NCBI GenBank assembly: GCA_016704325.1
Contig: JADJAG010000008.1
Location: 54,057 to 118,056 of the forward strand
Source: Chitinophagaceae bacterium
GTDB taxonomy: Bacteria; Bacteroidota; Bacteroidia; Chitinophagales; UBA10324
Reading direction: 5' to 3'
DNA: 64,000 nucleotides
The notes under the pieces were generated by a model that saw nothing but the letters and a program-made list of their open reading frames with translations, searched no databases and was not told the origin of the DNA. The position numbers were made by a program, and so were the translations under genes. This document shows positions 47,652 through 56,922 of this stretch, piece by piece; the stretch's first letter is position 1, and each line of letters begins with the position of its first letter.

Positions 47652-48581
47652 TCAAACTTCCTTTCTTCCGCTTAACAAATACAATACTGCCATACGAATG
47701 GCTACCCCGTTTTCTACCTGATCGAGGATGATAGAGTTGGGGGAATCAGCCACATCACTGGTTATCTCCACACCACGGTTAATCGGACCCGGATGCATGA
47801 TGAGTATATCCTTGCCAATTTCATCAAGTAACTTCTTATTGACTCCGAAGTAGAGGGCATATTCCCGCAGGGAAGCGAAATACTGAATCTCCTGCCGCTC
47901 AAGTTGAATACGGAGGATGTTTGCCGCATCACACCATTCCAAGGCTTTGCGCACATCATATTCTACTTTCACTCCGAGCGACTCGATATACATAGGTATC
48001 AAAGTAGGCGGACCTGCAACCATCACTTCAGCACCCAGTTTCTTAAGACAAAAAATATTGGAAAGCGCCACGCGTGAATGCCTGATGTCTCCTATAATGG
48101 CGATCTTCTTGCCTTCCACCTTCCCCAGTTTTTCACGGATGGAAAATGCATCGAGCAAAGCCTGCGTAGGATGTTCATGTGTGCCATCGCCGGCATTGAT
48201 GATACTGGCATTGATATGCTGAGAAAGAAAGACCGGAGCTCCCGGACTCGGATGTCGCATCACCACCATATCTACCTTCATGGCAAGGATATTATTGACG
48301 GTATCAATCAATGTCTCGCCTTTCTTCACGGAGGAGCCGGAAGAAGTAAAATTGATGGTGTCGGCAGACAATCTTTTTTCGGCCAGCTCAAATGAGATGC
48401 GTGTACGGGTTGAGTTTTCGAAAAAGAGGTTTACAATGGTAGTATCTCGAAGGGAAGGCACTTTTTTAATGGGGCGGTTCAATACCTCTTTGAACTCATC
48501 TGCTGACTCAAAGATGATCTCAATATCCTCGCGCGTCAGGTATTTTATTCCGAGCAGATGTTTAACACTCAGTGCATTCAT
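47652..48581 (-). CDS. pyrB: aspartate carbamoyltransferase catalytic subunit
   Basis: FFENSTRTRISFE, HEHPTQALLD and IMHPGPINRG motifs. Confidence 0.95.
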   Translation of the reverse strand: MNALSVKHLLGIKYLTREDIEIIFESADEFKEVLNRPIKKVPSLRDTTIVNLFFENSTRTRISFELAEKRLSADTINFTSSGSSVKKGETLIDTVNNILAMKVDMVVMRHPSPGAPVFLSQHINASIINAGDGTHEHPTQALLDAFSIREKLGKVEGKKIAIIGDIRHSRVALSNIFCLKKLGAEVMVAGPPTLIPMYIESLGVKVEYDVRKALEWCDAANILRIQLERQEIQYFASLREYALYFGVNKKLLDEIGKDILIMHPGPINRGVEITSDVADSPNSIILDQVENGVAIRMAVLYLLSGRKEV

Positions 48582-49129
48582 GGCTCGTTTGGTTTTGCGG
48601 GTACAATCCAGATACGGTCACTGCCGTCCACCTTATCCCAATCCACTTTCACTCTTTCTGAAGTGAGTGAATCAATCGTTATTCCAACATAATCGGGCTG
48701 TATCGGCAATTGCCGGGTGAACCTTCTGTCAACCAGTACCAGCAACTCCACCTTGGACGGTCTGCCAAAGTCAAGTAAGGCATCCATGGCAGAACGCACG
48801 GTTCTTCCTGAAAACAAGACGTCATCAATCAAAACCACACTTTTATTTTCGGTAGAAAACTTAATGCTGGTGGCCTTTGGTGTGAGTTGTTTTTCGGCAG
48901 TGCGGTAATCGTCGCGGTAGAAGGTGGGATCAATGATACCGTAAGCAATAGTTTTGCCGGTAATCTCAGACAATCGTTTATGAATGCGGTCGGAAAGGTA
49001 GATGCCCCGTGGCTGAACGCCGATGATGGCCGTATTGGAAAAATCCTTTTGTGTTTCAATTAACTGAAAACAAAGCCGGTTGAGCGTGAGAAGAAATCGT
49101 TTGCTGTCAAGGATAATACGCGGCTGCAC
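48578..49129 (-). CDS. pyrR: bifunctional pyrimidine operon regulator / uracil phosphoribosyltransferase PyrR
   Basis: PRPP-binding VVLIDDVLFSGRTVRSA. ATGA overlap with the pyrB start. GTG start codon. Confidence 0.9.
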   Translation of the reverse strand: MQPRIILDSKRFLLTLNRLCFQLIETQKDFSNTAIIGVQPRGIYLSDRIHKRLSEITGKTIAYGIIDPTFYRDDYRTAEKQLTPKATSIKFSTENKSVVLIDDVLFSGRTVRSAMDALLDFGRPSKVELLVLVDRRFTRQLPIQPDYVGITIDSLTSERVKVDWDKVDGSDRIWIVPAKPNEP

Positions 49130-49146
49130 GCTTTAATAAGTTTTGG

Positions 49147-49154
49147 CAAAGATA
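49147..49154 (-). promoter_or_regulatory. candidate -7 promoter box (TATCTTTG) for pyrR-pyrB
   Basis: The reverse complement of caaagata matches TAnnTTTG, 17 nt upstream of the pyrR start. Confidence 0.4.
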
Positions 49155-49234
49155 GTATTCGGAAGTTGATCTTGTATGTATGGGGATTTTTGGGGGTACG
49201 ACAATTCGTTCATCTTGTCAAGCAATGGTTGGTG

Positions 49235-49284
49235 GGTTAAATGGTTAAATTGCTAAATGGTTAAATTGCTGCGGCGAAGCCGAT
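49235..49284 (+). repeat. octamer array (GGTTAAAT/TGCTAAAT x4) ending in TGCGGCGAAGCCGAT
   Basis: ggttaaat ggttaaat tgctaaat ggttaaat tgctgcggcgaagccgat. Same architecture as 36093-36168. Confidence 0.95.
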
Positions 49285-49382
49285 TCCAAATACTCAATTC
49301 AAGACTTAAGATTCAAGACTTAGGACTTAAGACTCAAGACTTATTTTGTCTTAAGTCTTAAATCTATAATCAATATTCAATT
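49285..49382 (+). repeat. heptamer array, about 14 units (AAGACTT family), with an internal inverted copy forming a hairpin
   Basis: tccaaat actcaat tcaagac ttaagat tcaagac ttaggac ttaagac tcaagac ttatttt gtcttaa gtcttaa atctata atcaata ttcaatt. The taagactcaagac(49328-40)/gtcttaagtctta(49348-60) stem has one mismatch. Confidence 0.9.
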
Positions 49383-49422
49383 TCTCGTACACCCTATTTC
49401 AAAGTTACAGGACAACCTGTTT
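49370..49422 (+). repeat. conserved unique block 'core 2' (TCAATATTCAATTTC..TCGTACACCC..CAACCTGTTT)
   Basis: Shares TCAATATTCAATTTC and TCGTACACCC with 59574-59605, and CAACCTGTTT with core 1 loci. Confidence 0.85.
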
Positions 49423-49679
49423 GAGGAAGCTTGAATGGAATGGAATAAAATATTATTGATTTGGATTCAGCCGGACCGCAAGTTTACTTAGGAACTCAAT
49501 GCAAACGCTTTGCAAATTTTAAATAACCACTCCACTAATCTGTCCAATTTTAATATTATGGCTTAGCAGGCTAAGAATGAACATCCACTCGAATTACAAA
49601 ACCTGTTGGATATCCTGATCAAAAATCTTACTTTAGTGCTTCGAAGTTATTTCGGCTATATCTTATATCTATCGTATCT

Positions 49680-51785
49680 ATGAATCACTGGAGTGAATAT
49701 CCGTTTGTACGGATACTATTTGCTTATCTCGCTGGAATTCTAATTTGTCTTTTTACGCCGCTTCAATTTCCTGCCTGGATACTGCCTGTTTTATTCCTTG
49801 TTACCTGGCTGGGACAGCTCTACTTGCACAAGAAAGCTATTCGAACCTACCGATATACATCAATTATCGGACTTGGTTTTCAACTGGCGGTTTTTGCTTT
49901 CGGCAACGTGCATACTTTTGATTGCATTGATATAAATGATGCACGCCACTACATTCATATAACGGACAATGCATCATTCCTTGTGGTAAAAATCACAGAG
50001 CCGCCTCTTGAAAAAGAACGCAGTATCAAAGTAGTTGTGGAAGTAATAGCGTACAAAACGGGAGTTGCTGTAAGACCTGCTTTTGGAAAATCTATTCTCT
50101 ATTTGAGTAAAGACAGTGTTGTTACTTCTTTGTTACATGGCAATGTTTTACTGGTGAAAAATAACTTCAGGCAGGTGGCAGCACCTGCTAATCCCGGCCA
50201 GTTTGATTATAAAAAATACCTTTGGTACAAAGAAGTATATGCTACGGCCTATCTTCAAAAAGATGACTGGCACCTGTTGCCTTTGCAATCCGCCAACCCG
50301 CTTTATGCATTTACCTTCCGGCTGCGCGATCTTTCAGTGAATGCCCTGCAAACTTTTATTACTTCACCGCGTGAAGCAGCAGTTGCAGTAGCATTGGTGA
50401 TTGGTTTCAAAGACAATATGTCACCGGAAACCATGCAATCATATACGGCTGCAGGAGTGGTGCATGTACTGGCTGTCTCCGGCTTACATGTGGCCATTTT
50501 ATTTGCCTTACTGCATCAGTTGCTATTCTTTTTGAATCGCAAGAAATATGGGAAAATCATACAGTCTGTCCTCATCCTTCTTGTAATCTGGATCTTCAGT
50601 ATGGTTACCGGATTATCGGGCTCAGTGGTACGGGCTGCGACTATGTTTTCATTTATCACCATAGGTAAAAACATGAAACAGCCTGTGAACCTGTTCAACC
50701 TGCTTGCCTGTTCAGCCATGGTAATACTACTGGCAGATCCATTGTTGGTGATGGATGTGGGATTTCAACTCTCCTACATTGCCGTGCTTGGCATTGGCAC
50801 GCTTAACCGCTACATTGATCATTGGCTCCCTCGTGAAAACAAACTAATTGACTACCTCTGGAAAATGGTAGCAATGTCTTTAGCCGCACAGATAGCTACG
50901 CTTCCGCTGACAACCTATTACTTTCATCAATTCCCCACCTATTTTTTACTGGCAAACATTGTAGTCATTCCGGCTGCAGGATTGTTACTCCATCTTGGCA
51001 TTCTGTTGATTGCCATACACTTTCTTCCACCGTTGGCGGCAGTTACCGGAGCATTAATCCGATGGATCACCTATGCGATGAATGAGTTTATTGCAAACAT
51101 TCAGCATCTGCCGGGATCGGTAATTCAATTGCCTGGCATTAACCTTTTACAATTTCTGCTGCTGGGTATTTTGACTATTGCAGTCAGTCATTATTTCATC
51201 ACTCTCCGGACAAAATGGTTGTTTACTACGCTTATTTGCCTTATCGGACTACCGGCAATACATGCAATTGATGCTTGTCTGCGCTTTCATGAGAATACCA
51301 TTACGCTTTATTCCTTCAAAGGTGCAAGCGCACTGGAATTTCGGTCAGGCAATAGCCTGCCATTATTCAAAAAAAATGGATCAATAAGAAGTATGGATTC
51401 AATATACCTGCAGCAACGGTGGAGGTTAGCACATATCAGGAATTTTGAATCATCAGATCAACTAAACGCTTCCAGATCCTTACAAAAACAAGATACCTTA
51501 ATTATTAATGCTATCTATCAATTCTGCAACTACCGCATGGCTGTTATTCAACAGCCAATGGTTTCCGATGCCGGCACAAGCAAAATTATAGTTGATGCAT
51601 TGGTAATTGCCGGAAATCCACGACTGCGACTGGAAGACCTCCTGGATAAATTTACGACAAACACCATCATTTTCGATGCTACCAACAGCCGTTACCGAAT
51701 TAATAAATGGGAAGAAGAAGCGAATCATTTCGGTTTGGTTACTTATGATGTGAAGATGGATGGGGCGTTTGTGGTGAGGTTGTAG
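49680..51785 (+). CDS. comEC: ComEC/Rec2 family competence protein
   Basis: 701-aa polytopic protein. N-terminal DUF4131-like region and a Competence domain (YTAAGVVHVLAVSGLHVAILF, SGSVVRAATMF). No C-terminal MBL domain. Confidence 0.85.
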   Translation: MNHWSEYPFVRILFAYLAGILICLFTPLQFPAWILPVLFLVTWLGQLYLHKKAIRTYRYTSIIGLGFQLAVFAFGNVHTFDCIDINDARHYIHITDNASFLVVKITEPPLEKERSIKVVVEVIAYKTGVAVRPAFGKSILYLSKDSVVTSLLHGNVLLVKNNFRQVAAPANPGQFDYKKYLWYKEVYATAYLQKDDWHLLPLQSANPLYAFTFRLRDLSVNALQTFITSPREAAVAVALVIGFKDNMSPETMQSYTAAGVVHVLAVSGLHVAILFALLHQLLFFLNRKKYGKIIQSVLILLVIWIFSMVTGLSGSVVRAATMFSFITIGKNMKQPVNLFNLLACSAMVILLADPLLVMDVGFQLSYIAVLGIGTLNRYIDHWLPRENKLIDYLWKMVAMSLAAQIATLPLTTYYFHQFPTYFLLANIVVIPAAGLLLHLGILLIAIHFLPPLAAVTGALIRWITYAMNEFIANIQHLPGSVIQLPGINLLQFLLLGILTIAVSHYFITLRTKWLFTTLICLIGLPAIHAIDACLRFHENTITLYSFKGASALEFRSGNSLPLFKKNGSIRSMDSIYLQQRWRLAHIRNFESSDQLNASRSLQKQDTLIINAIYQFCNYRMAVIQQPMVSDAGTSKIIVDALVIAGNPRLRLEDLLDKFTTNTIIFDATNSRYRINKWEEEANHFGLVTYDVKMDGAFVVRL

Positions 51786-51812
51786 GTGGTGGGTTGGTTC
51801 TTGGAATGCTTG

Positions 51813-51908
51813 GGTTGAATGGCTAAATGGCTAAATGGTTGAATGGTTGAATGGTTGAATGGTTGAATGGTTGAATGGTTGAATGGCTGAATTGCTATGT
51901 GGTTGCAT
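51813..51908 (+). repeat. octamer array, 12 units (GGTTGAAT/GGCTAAAT)
   Basis: ggttgaat ggctaaat ggctaaat ggttgaat x6 ggctgaat tgctatgt ggttgcat. It starts 28 nt after the comEC stop. Confidence 0.95.
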
Positions 51909-51976
51909 GACCTTTTGGGAACTTTGAAAGCTCATTCCTTTGCGAGCTTTGCGCGCTTTGCATGATCTAATTTTTA

Positions 51977-52025
51977 GGTTGAATACCTGAATTGCATAAA
52001 TGTTAAATGGTTGTGGCTGCGCGAC
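51977..52025 (+). repeat. second short octamer array with a degenerate end block
   Basis: ggttgaat acctgaat tgcataaa tgttaaat ggttgtgg ctgcgcgac. Both arrays in this spacer are followed by GAC(C/T)TTTGGGA. Confidence 0.8.
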
Positions 52026-52157
52026 TTTTGGGATAGTACCAAAACGGTTTCCGTATGTTCTTAATGCACTGAAAGAGCACGAATTAAATTCGGCATCAGG
52101 GATTTGAGTGAAAATAATCAGATAGCTTCTCTATACATTTGCGGTACAAGCAACTTT

Positions 52158-52937
52158 ATGAACTTCCATCTTGTAAAAACCGAAAAGCAAGACCGTATTC
52201 TTTATATAATTCTGGCGAGGCCGGAAAAGAAAAATGCTTTGAATGATCATATGGTGAAAGAGCTGACAGAAGCCCTTCACATGGCAGAGCACGATCCTGC
52301 AGTTAAAGTGGTAATACTAAAATCGGAAGGTGATGTCTTCAGCGCCGGCGCTGACCTCGACTACCTGCAACGGCTGCAACAATTTTCTTATGAAGAAAAT
52401 CTTGCGGATTCATCTTTGCTCAAAGGTCTACTACTGAAAATATATTCATTGAATAAGATTGTGATTGCACAGGTGGAAGGCCATGCCATAGCCGGCGGTT
52501 GCGGGCTTGCTTCCGTTTGTGATTTTTGTTTTTCAGTACCGGAAGCAAAGTTCGGTTATACGGAAGTGAAGATCGGCTTCATACCTGCATTGGTAATGGT
52601 ATTCCTCATCCGTAAAATCAGTGGTACCAAAGCAAGGGAGCTGTTGTTTACCGGAAAGTTGATTGCCGCTGAAGAAGCGGCTGCCTGTGGCTTGATTAAT
52701 GAAGTGATTCCAAAACAAGACATTGCAAAAACCGTCCTGCAATTTGCTACGAGCCTCTGCGAAGGTGCTTCCGGTCAATCGCTGGCTTCCACCAAAAAAA
52801 TGTTCACGAAAGTAGTTTCCATGGAATTATCGGAAGCATTGGAATATGCCGCTCAGATGAATGCGCAGACGCGCAGCAGTGATGACTGTAAAAGAGGCAT
52901 TGGTGCATTCCTGAACAAAGAAAAATTCAAATGGTGA
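52158..52937 (+). CDS. enoyl-CoA hydratase/isomerase family protein
   Basis: RPEKKNALN, VFSAGADLDYL and GHAIAGGCGLASVCDF crotonase-fold motifs. I prefer the ATG at 52158 over the TTG at 52104. Confidence 0.85.
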   Translation: MNFHLVKTEKQDRILYIILARPEKKNALNDHMVKELTEALHMAEHDPAVKVVILKSEGDVFSAGADLDYLQRLQQFSYEENLADSSLLKGLLLKIYSLNKIVIAQVEGHAIAGGCGLASVCDFCFSVPEAKFGYTEVKIGFIPALVMVFLIRKISGTKARELLFTGKLIAAEEAAACGLINEVIPKQDIAKTVLQFATSLCEGASGQSLASTKKMFTKVVSMELSEALEYAAQMNAQTRSSDDCKRGIGAFLNKEKFKW

Positions 52938-52941
52938 GCTG

Positions 52942-54156
52942 TCAGTTTGTTAGACCTGACTGTTGTCTAATCATGATCCTCAATTGCTGCCGTAATTTTT
53001 TCTGGTTGCATTTTTCCAATACTATTGTATCGCACCCATTGAATGTGGCAAATTGACGGAGCTGCTTTCCAAGTGCATTCATCATGGCATCATCTGCAAT
53101 CAAATCATCTTCAAAGAATAAATTGCGGACATAAAAAACCCGATCCTGCCTGTCGGCTTTTGGATCGAGACGGGCAATGAACCGGTCTCCATACAACAAT
53201 GGCAAGGTGAAATATCCATAGATTCTTTTGTGCTCAGGCAGGTAGCACTCAATGGTATAATCGAAATCAAATAGCCGTTGCAACCTGCGCCTTTGTATCA
53301 GCAGGTTGTCAAATGGTGAAAGGATGTGCACTGATTGCACAATTGATTGATCAACGGATTCAGGTTCAATTGATGAAAGTCCATAGAATTTTGTCTGTTC
53401 ATGTCCTTCCAGCTTCAGTTCAACGAGCACTCCTTCCTTCAATAGTTTTTTGACTGCCCTCTTTATGTATTGATCAAGCGCCCCTCGCTGATAGTACATC
53501 TCCTTTTCAGTGATTATGCCATGCGCAGTGATAGCAGCCTGTACCAGGTGTTCGGCAAATAATGATTTAGAAGGCATCGCGGTAATGACTCCGGATGGCA
53601 ATACATTCTCCGTAAGATCATATACCTTTTGAAATCCCTGTCTTTGGGTTACCATTAGCCTTCCTTCCATAAACAATTGTTCCAATGCACGCTTTGCCGG
53701 TTTCCAATTGTACCAGTTGCTCCTTCCATCATCCGGAGTTTCAAAATCCTTTGACTGAAGCGGACCTTCACGCTTGATTCTGCTGAGTACTTTGCGCTTA
53801 ATTGATTTATCCTGTTCAAACCAATGAGTACGTCCTTTCAGGTATTCTCTTTTCCTGGGCAATGAAAACCGGTAATCCTTCATGGGCAAGTATGAAGCAG
53901 CATGGCCCCAGTATTCGAACAGTTGTCGTTCCTGCAATAATTCATTCAGCCATCTCACATTGTAGGATGGCATACGGTTCCATAAGATATGATGGTGTGC
54001 ACGCTCCACTACAGAAAGTGTATCGATCTGCACATAGCCAAGCTGTTCAATAACCTGTAATGCATCCGCTTTCGAAGTCAATACATGTTGACGGTTCAGC
54101 CATTGACTGTGGATGGCCATTGCACGCGCTGTTGCCAATGAAACTTTTCTGATCAT
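52942..54156 (-). CDS. winged-helix DNA glycosylase YcaQ family (DUF1006) protein
   Basis: LGYVQIDTLSVVERAHHHILWNR, LFEYWGHAASYLP and YGYFTLPLLYGDRFIARLDPKADR motifs. Confidence 0.8.
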   Translation of the reverse strand: MIRKVSLATARAMAIHSQWLNRQHVLTSKADALQVIEQLGYVQIDTLSVVERAHHHILWNRMPSYNVRWLNELLQERQLFEYWGHAASYLPMKDYRFSLPRKREYLKGRTHWFEQDKSIKRKVLSRIKREGPLQSKDFETPDDGRSNWYNWKPAKRALEQLFMEGRLMVTQRQGFQKVYDLTENVLPSGVITAMPSKSLFAEHLVQAAITAHGIITEKEMYYQRGALDQYIKRAVKKLLKEGVLVELKLEGHEQTKFYGLSSIEPESVDQSIVQSVHILSPFDNLLIQRRRLQRLFDFDYTIECYLPEHKRIYGYFTLPLLYGDRFIARLDPKADRQDRVFYVRNLFFEDDLIADDAMMNALGKQLRQFATFNGCDTIVLEKCNQKKLRQQLRIMIRQQSGLTN

Positions 54157-54273
54157 GTTCGTTTTTCCGGTTGGAAAGATAATGGCTTGTTTGCATTCTT
54201 AAATACACGAACCCGGTAAGCGTATTGTTTATCATGCAATAATATTTTGCAAGAAACCACAGAGAACAAATAC

Positions 54274-54975
54274 TCAGGCAACCACTTTCCTTTTGGACTT
54301 GTAGTACAGTGCTTCATAGATTGCCACATTCATCAGCAACATCAGCATGGAGTAGACGAGATCTTCTACAGGAATGGTTCCAAGCCTGATGCCGGAATTA
54401 TAAAGGTTATTGTAACTAACGACAGGCAAGGCAGTAAGTATGCCATTGATGATTACAAATGGAAGCAAATGAATCAGGTACATGGCGAAAAAAATGGGGA
54501 GATAACCAACCTTCCTAAAAAAGACTAAAAACGAAAGCAGCAAAGCAGTGGAAATGCAGGTAACCGATGTATAGGTTTGCGACCAAAAGGCAATGCCTGC
54601 AATAAAAAGAAAAACAATAAGTGGAACAATGAAATAATTAAAGTGCTTCACCTGAATTCCCCGCAAAACATAATCTTTCAAAACTGCATAGATAAAAAGA
54701 CATGCATACGGGATACAAATGAAAAACAACAGCTCTTCCAATGGAAGTCCGCCAATATATACTTTGATAACGTATGCTGAGTTAAAACTCCAGATACCGT
54801 GACTGGTAAAAAAATAATCCCATACCAAAAAATAAATCGCGGTAATCAGTATGGCAGGCAATGCAAACTTCCACTTTGAATAGAAATTTACCTTGCTTTC
54901 AAAACTGAAGAGTAAAGGAAAAAGCAAGGTGCCAACGTTGAGGAGCAAGTAGGTAAACATATTATTAAAATACAT
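54274..54975 (-). CDS. fused lycopene cyclase domain protein (CrtYc/CrtYd-type)
   Basis: 7-TM protein with two copies of the PxE(E/D) motif (GGLPLEELLFF and GTIPVEDLVYS), as in heterodimeric-type lycopene beta-cyclases. Confidence 0.75.
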   Translation of the reverse strand: MYFNNMFTYLLLNVGTLLFPLLFSFESKVNFYSKWKFALPAILITAIYFLVWDYFFTSHGIWSFNSAYVIKVYIGGLPLEELLFFICIPYACLFIYAVLKDYVLRGIQVKHFNYFIVPLIVFLFIAGIAFWSQTYTSVTCISTALLLSFLVFFRKVGYLPIFFAMYLIHLLPFVIINGILTALPVVSYNNLYNSGIRLGTIPVEDLVYSMLMLLMNVAIYEALYYKSKRKVVA

Positions 54976-55065
54976 TTATGAATAGTAGAAATAATGTCAT
55001 CATTGCCTCTAATAGCTTATGGAACATACTCTTCGATTGCGGTTTGCCAATTTCATTATAACTAT

Positions 55066-56232
55066 TTACAGTTGTTGCAATAATTCCTCCGCTTTTTCGC
55101 GGTAGGAGCCTTGCAGCTTTATCACCTTTTCCAGCATTTTAGCTGCTTCTTTCTTATCCCCTTTTTGTACATAAGCAAGGGCCTGGTACCACAATGATGC
55201 TTCATAGTAAGTACTGCTCTTTTTATTTTCCAGTTTTTTCAATTTGGACAGCGCCTCCTCGGCATTGCCTGCAGCGAGATAACTTACACCTGCATAAAAA
55301 AGAGCTTGCTCATTTGCCGGATCCGTTGCCAATACCTTATCAAAATCATCATTTGCAGCCGGATAATTGCCTGCTTCGTAAAGCTTCATTGCTTCCGCTA
55401 AGATGGGTCCTGATTCCGGATACTTCAACATATCTGCTTTCTTTTCAGTCATTTCCATTTCGCTTAGCGAAACTCCCTCCGTAGATTTTGTTGCCGCTGC
55501 AGATGGCTGCTGCGCCTTCGGCTCATTACTCTTGTTGGATTTAACATCGGGTTGAATGACAGTCTCATTAAAACTCTGTTTATCCTGTTCTTGCAGCTGT
55601 TCATTTACTGACATATCTGCTGATGGCGCAACCTGTACTTCATCGCTTTCTGCCAGAGTTGATGCCGCTTCTTCCTCCACCGTGGTAAAGTCATGAACAA
55701 CCGGCAGTTCATCCTTTTCTGCAGGAGGTAATGGTTTAATATTGGTTTCATTATTTGAAATAGCCGGAGATTCTACCGGTTTGGTTTGCTTTGTTTCACC
55801 AATGGCCGTTGCTTCATCAATTATTGAGGCACTTTCAGGAGCCGGCGCAGGATAAGGCTCTAACTCATCGGTAAACAGTTTTTCTGTTGAATTGTTGAAC
55901 CGGTCATTCACCATCCAAATTCCGGCAGAGAGGATCAATATGGCAGCGGCAGCCTGCGCCCACCTTAGCCAGCTATGTATGGGCCGTATTTTTACGTTGA
56001 TCTTCCGGTTAATGCGTTCTTGAATGGCTTGCAGGTCTGCATTGATCTTATCAGGATTTTCCACTTTCATCATCCCTTCCACAGCATCTGACAGAAACGG
56101 ATCATCTGCCATCGCTTCTTCAATTTGGCGTTGTTCTTCCGGTGTAGCCAGTCCCCTGGCGTAGCGGACCAGCATTTCCTCCGGTACTTCCCCATGTTGA
56201 CCTGAAAATATTTTATCGGCGTTGCGCTGCAT
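55066..56232 (-). CDS. putative anti-sigma factor with C-terminal TPR domain
   Basis: N-terminal LVRYARGLATPEEQRQIEEAMADDPFLSDAVEG and a single TM helix (AAAAILILSAGIWMV). An acidic linker precedes C-terminal TPRs. It overlaps the sigma gene by 20 nt. Confidence 0.6.
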   Translation of the reverse strand: MQRNADKIFSGQHGEVPEEMLVRYARGLATPEEQRQIEEAMADDPFLSDAVEGMMKVENPDKINADLQAIQERINRKINVKIRPIHSWLRWAQAAAAILILSAGIWMVNDRFNNSTEKLFTDELEPYPAPAPESASIIDEATAIGETKQTKPVESPAISNNETNIKPLPPAEKDELPVVHDFTTVEEEAASTLAESDEVQVAPSADMSVNEQLQEQDKQSFNETVIQPDVKSNKSNEPKAQQPSAAATKSTEGVSLSEMEMTEKKADMLKYPESGPILAEAMKLYEAGNYPAANDDFDKVLATDPANEQALFYAGVSYLAAGNAEEALSKLKKLENKKSSTYYEASLWYQALAYVQKGDKKEAAKMLEKVIKLQGSYREKAEELLQQL

Positions 56233-56860
56233 GCTGCCTGCTTATGATGTTTTTTAGATTGCGTTTCCCATTCTGAATGAAGCTCTTCACCTGTTTAAAA
56301 TCAAATCCTGTTGCTGCCATTACCTGCTGATAGCTCTGTTCCTGCAGGTAAAACAACTCAATGCAGGTTCGTTGGTCTGGCGGCAATTGGCGGATGGCTG
56401 CTTCCACACCCAACAACTGCCCTTCCTTATTTGGTTCATTATCAAGATGCAGGTTGACATCCCATTCCATAAATGCTACCAGTTCCTCTTGCAGTTCCGG
56501 ACGCTTTTCAATTCTCGTCTTGTCCTTCCTGAACTGCATCAGGCAATAATTCTTTGCAACCTGGTGAAGCCAGCCCCTGAAATGCGCTACCTCATGCTTC
56601 TTAAGGTCAACAAGTAGCTTGATGAAAATTTCCTCTGTGGCATCCTTGCTGTCTTCTGTATTCTCAAGGTACTTCATACAAACACCATACACAAGATGCA
56701 AATACCGTTTATACAACTCTCCGACAAAAAGGTTGTTGCCCGTTAGCCGGTAATTTGATACCAGCTCTCCATCAGATAAAGATTGAATGTTTTCCGGCAA
56801 CGACAAATTCAAGGGATATGAACTGCAAATAAAGCAAACGGAATCAATTTCGCCTTTCAA
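56213..56860 (-). CDS. ECF-type RNA polymerase sigma-70 family factor
   Basis: Region 2 (LYKRYLHLVYGVCMKYL...ATEEIFIKL, WLHQVAKNYCLMQFRK) and region 4 (LPPDQRTCIELFYLQEQSYQQVMAATGF). The ORF-track start is TTG and is probably too far upstream. Confidence 0.85.
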   Translation of the reverse strand: MKGEIDSVCFICSSYPLNLSLPENIQSLSDGELVSNYRLTGNNLFVGELYKRYLHLVYGVCMKYLENTEDSKDATEEIFIKLLVDLKKHEVAHFRGWLHQVAKNYCLMQFRKDKTRIEKRPELQEELVAFMEWDVNLHLDNEPNKEGQLLGVEAAIRQLPPDQRTCIELFYLQEQSYQQVMAATGFDFKQVKSFIQNGKRNLKNIISRQHAAQRR

Positions 56861-56922
56861 GATTCAGTCAGGAATCGGAAACACATATCATGCCCAGGTA
56901 CCAATACCTGCACAAAGTACTT

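Noticed and set aside
49130-49234. PyrR-binding attenuator hairpin in the pyrR leader.
   Set aside because: No UCCAGAGAGG-like binding loop is visible. The putative -7 box leaves only a very short leader, so PyrR here may act mainly as a UPRTase or bind elsewhere.
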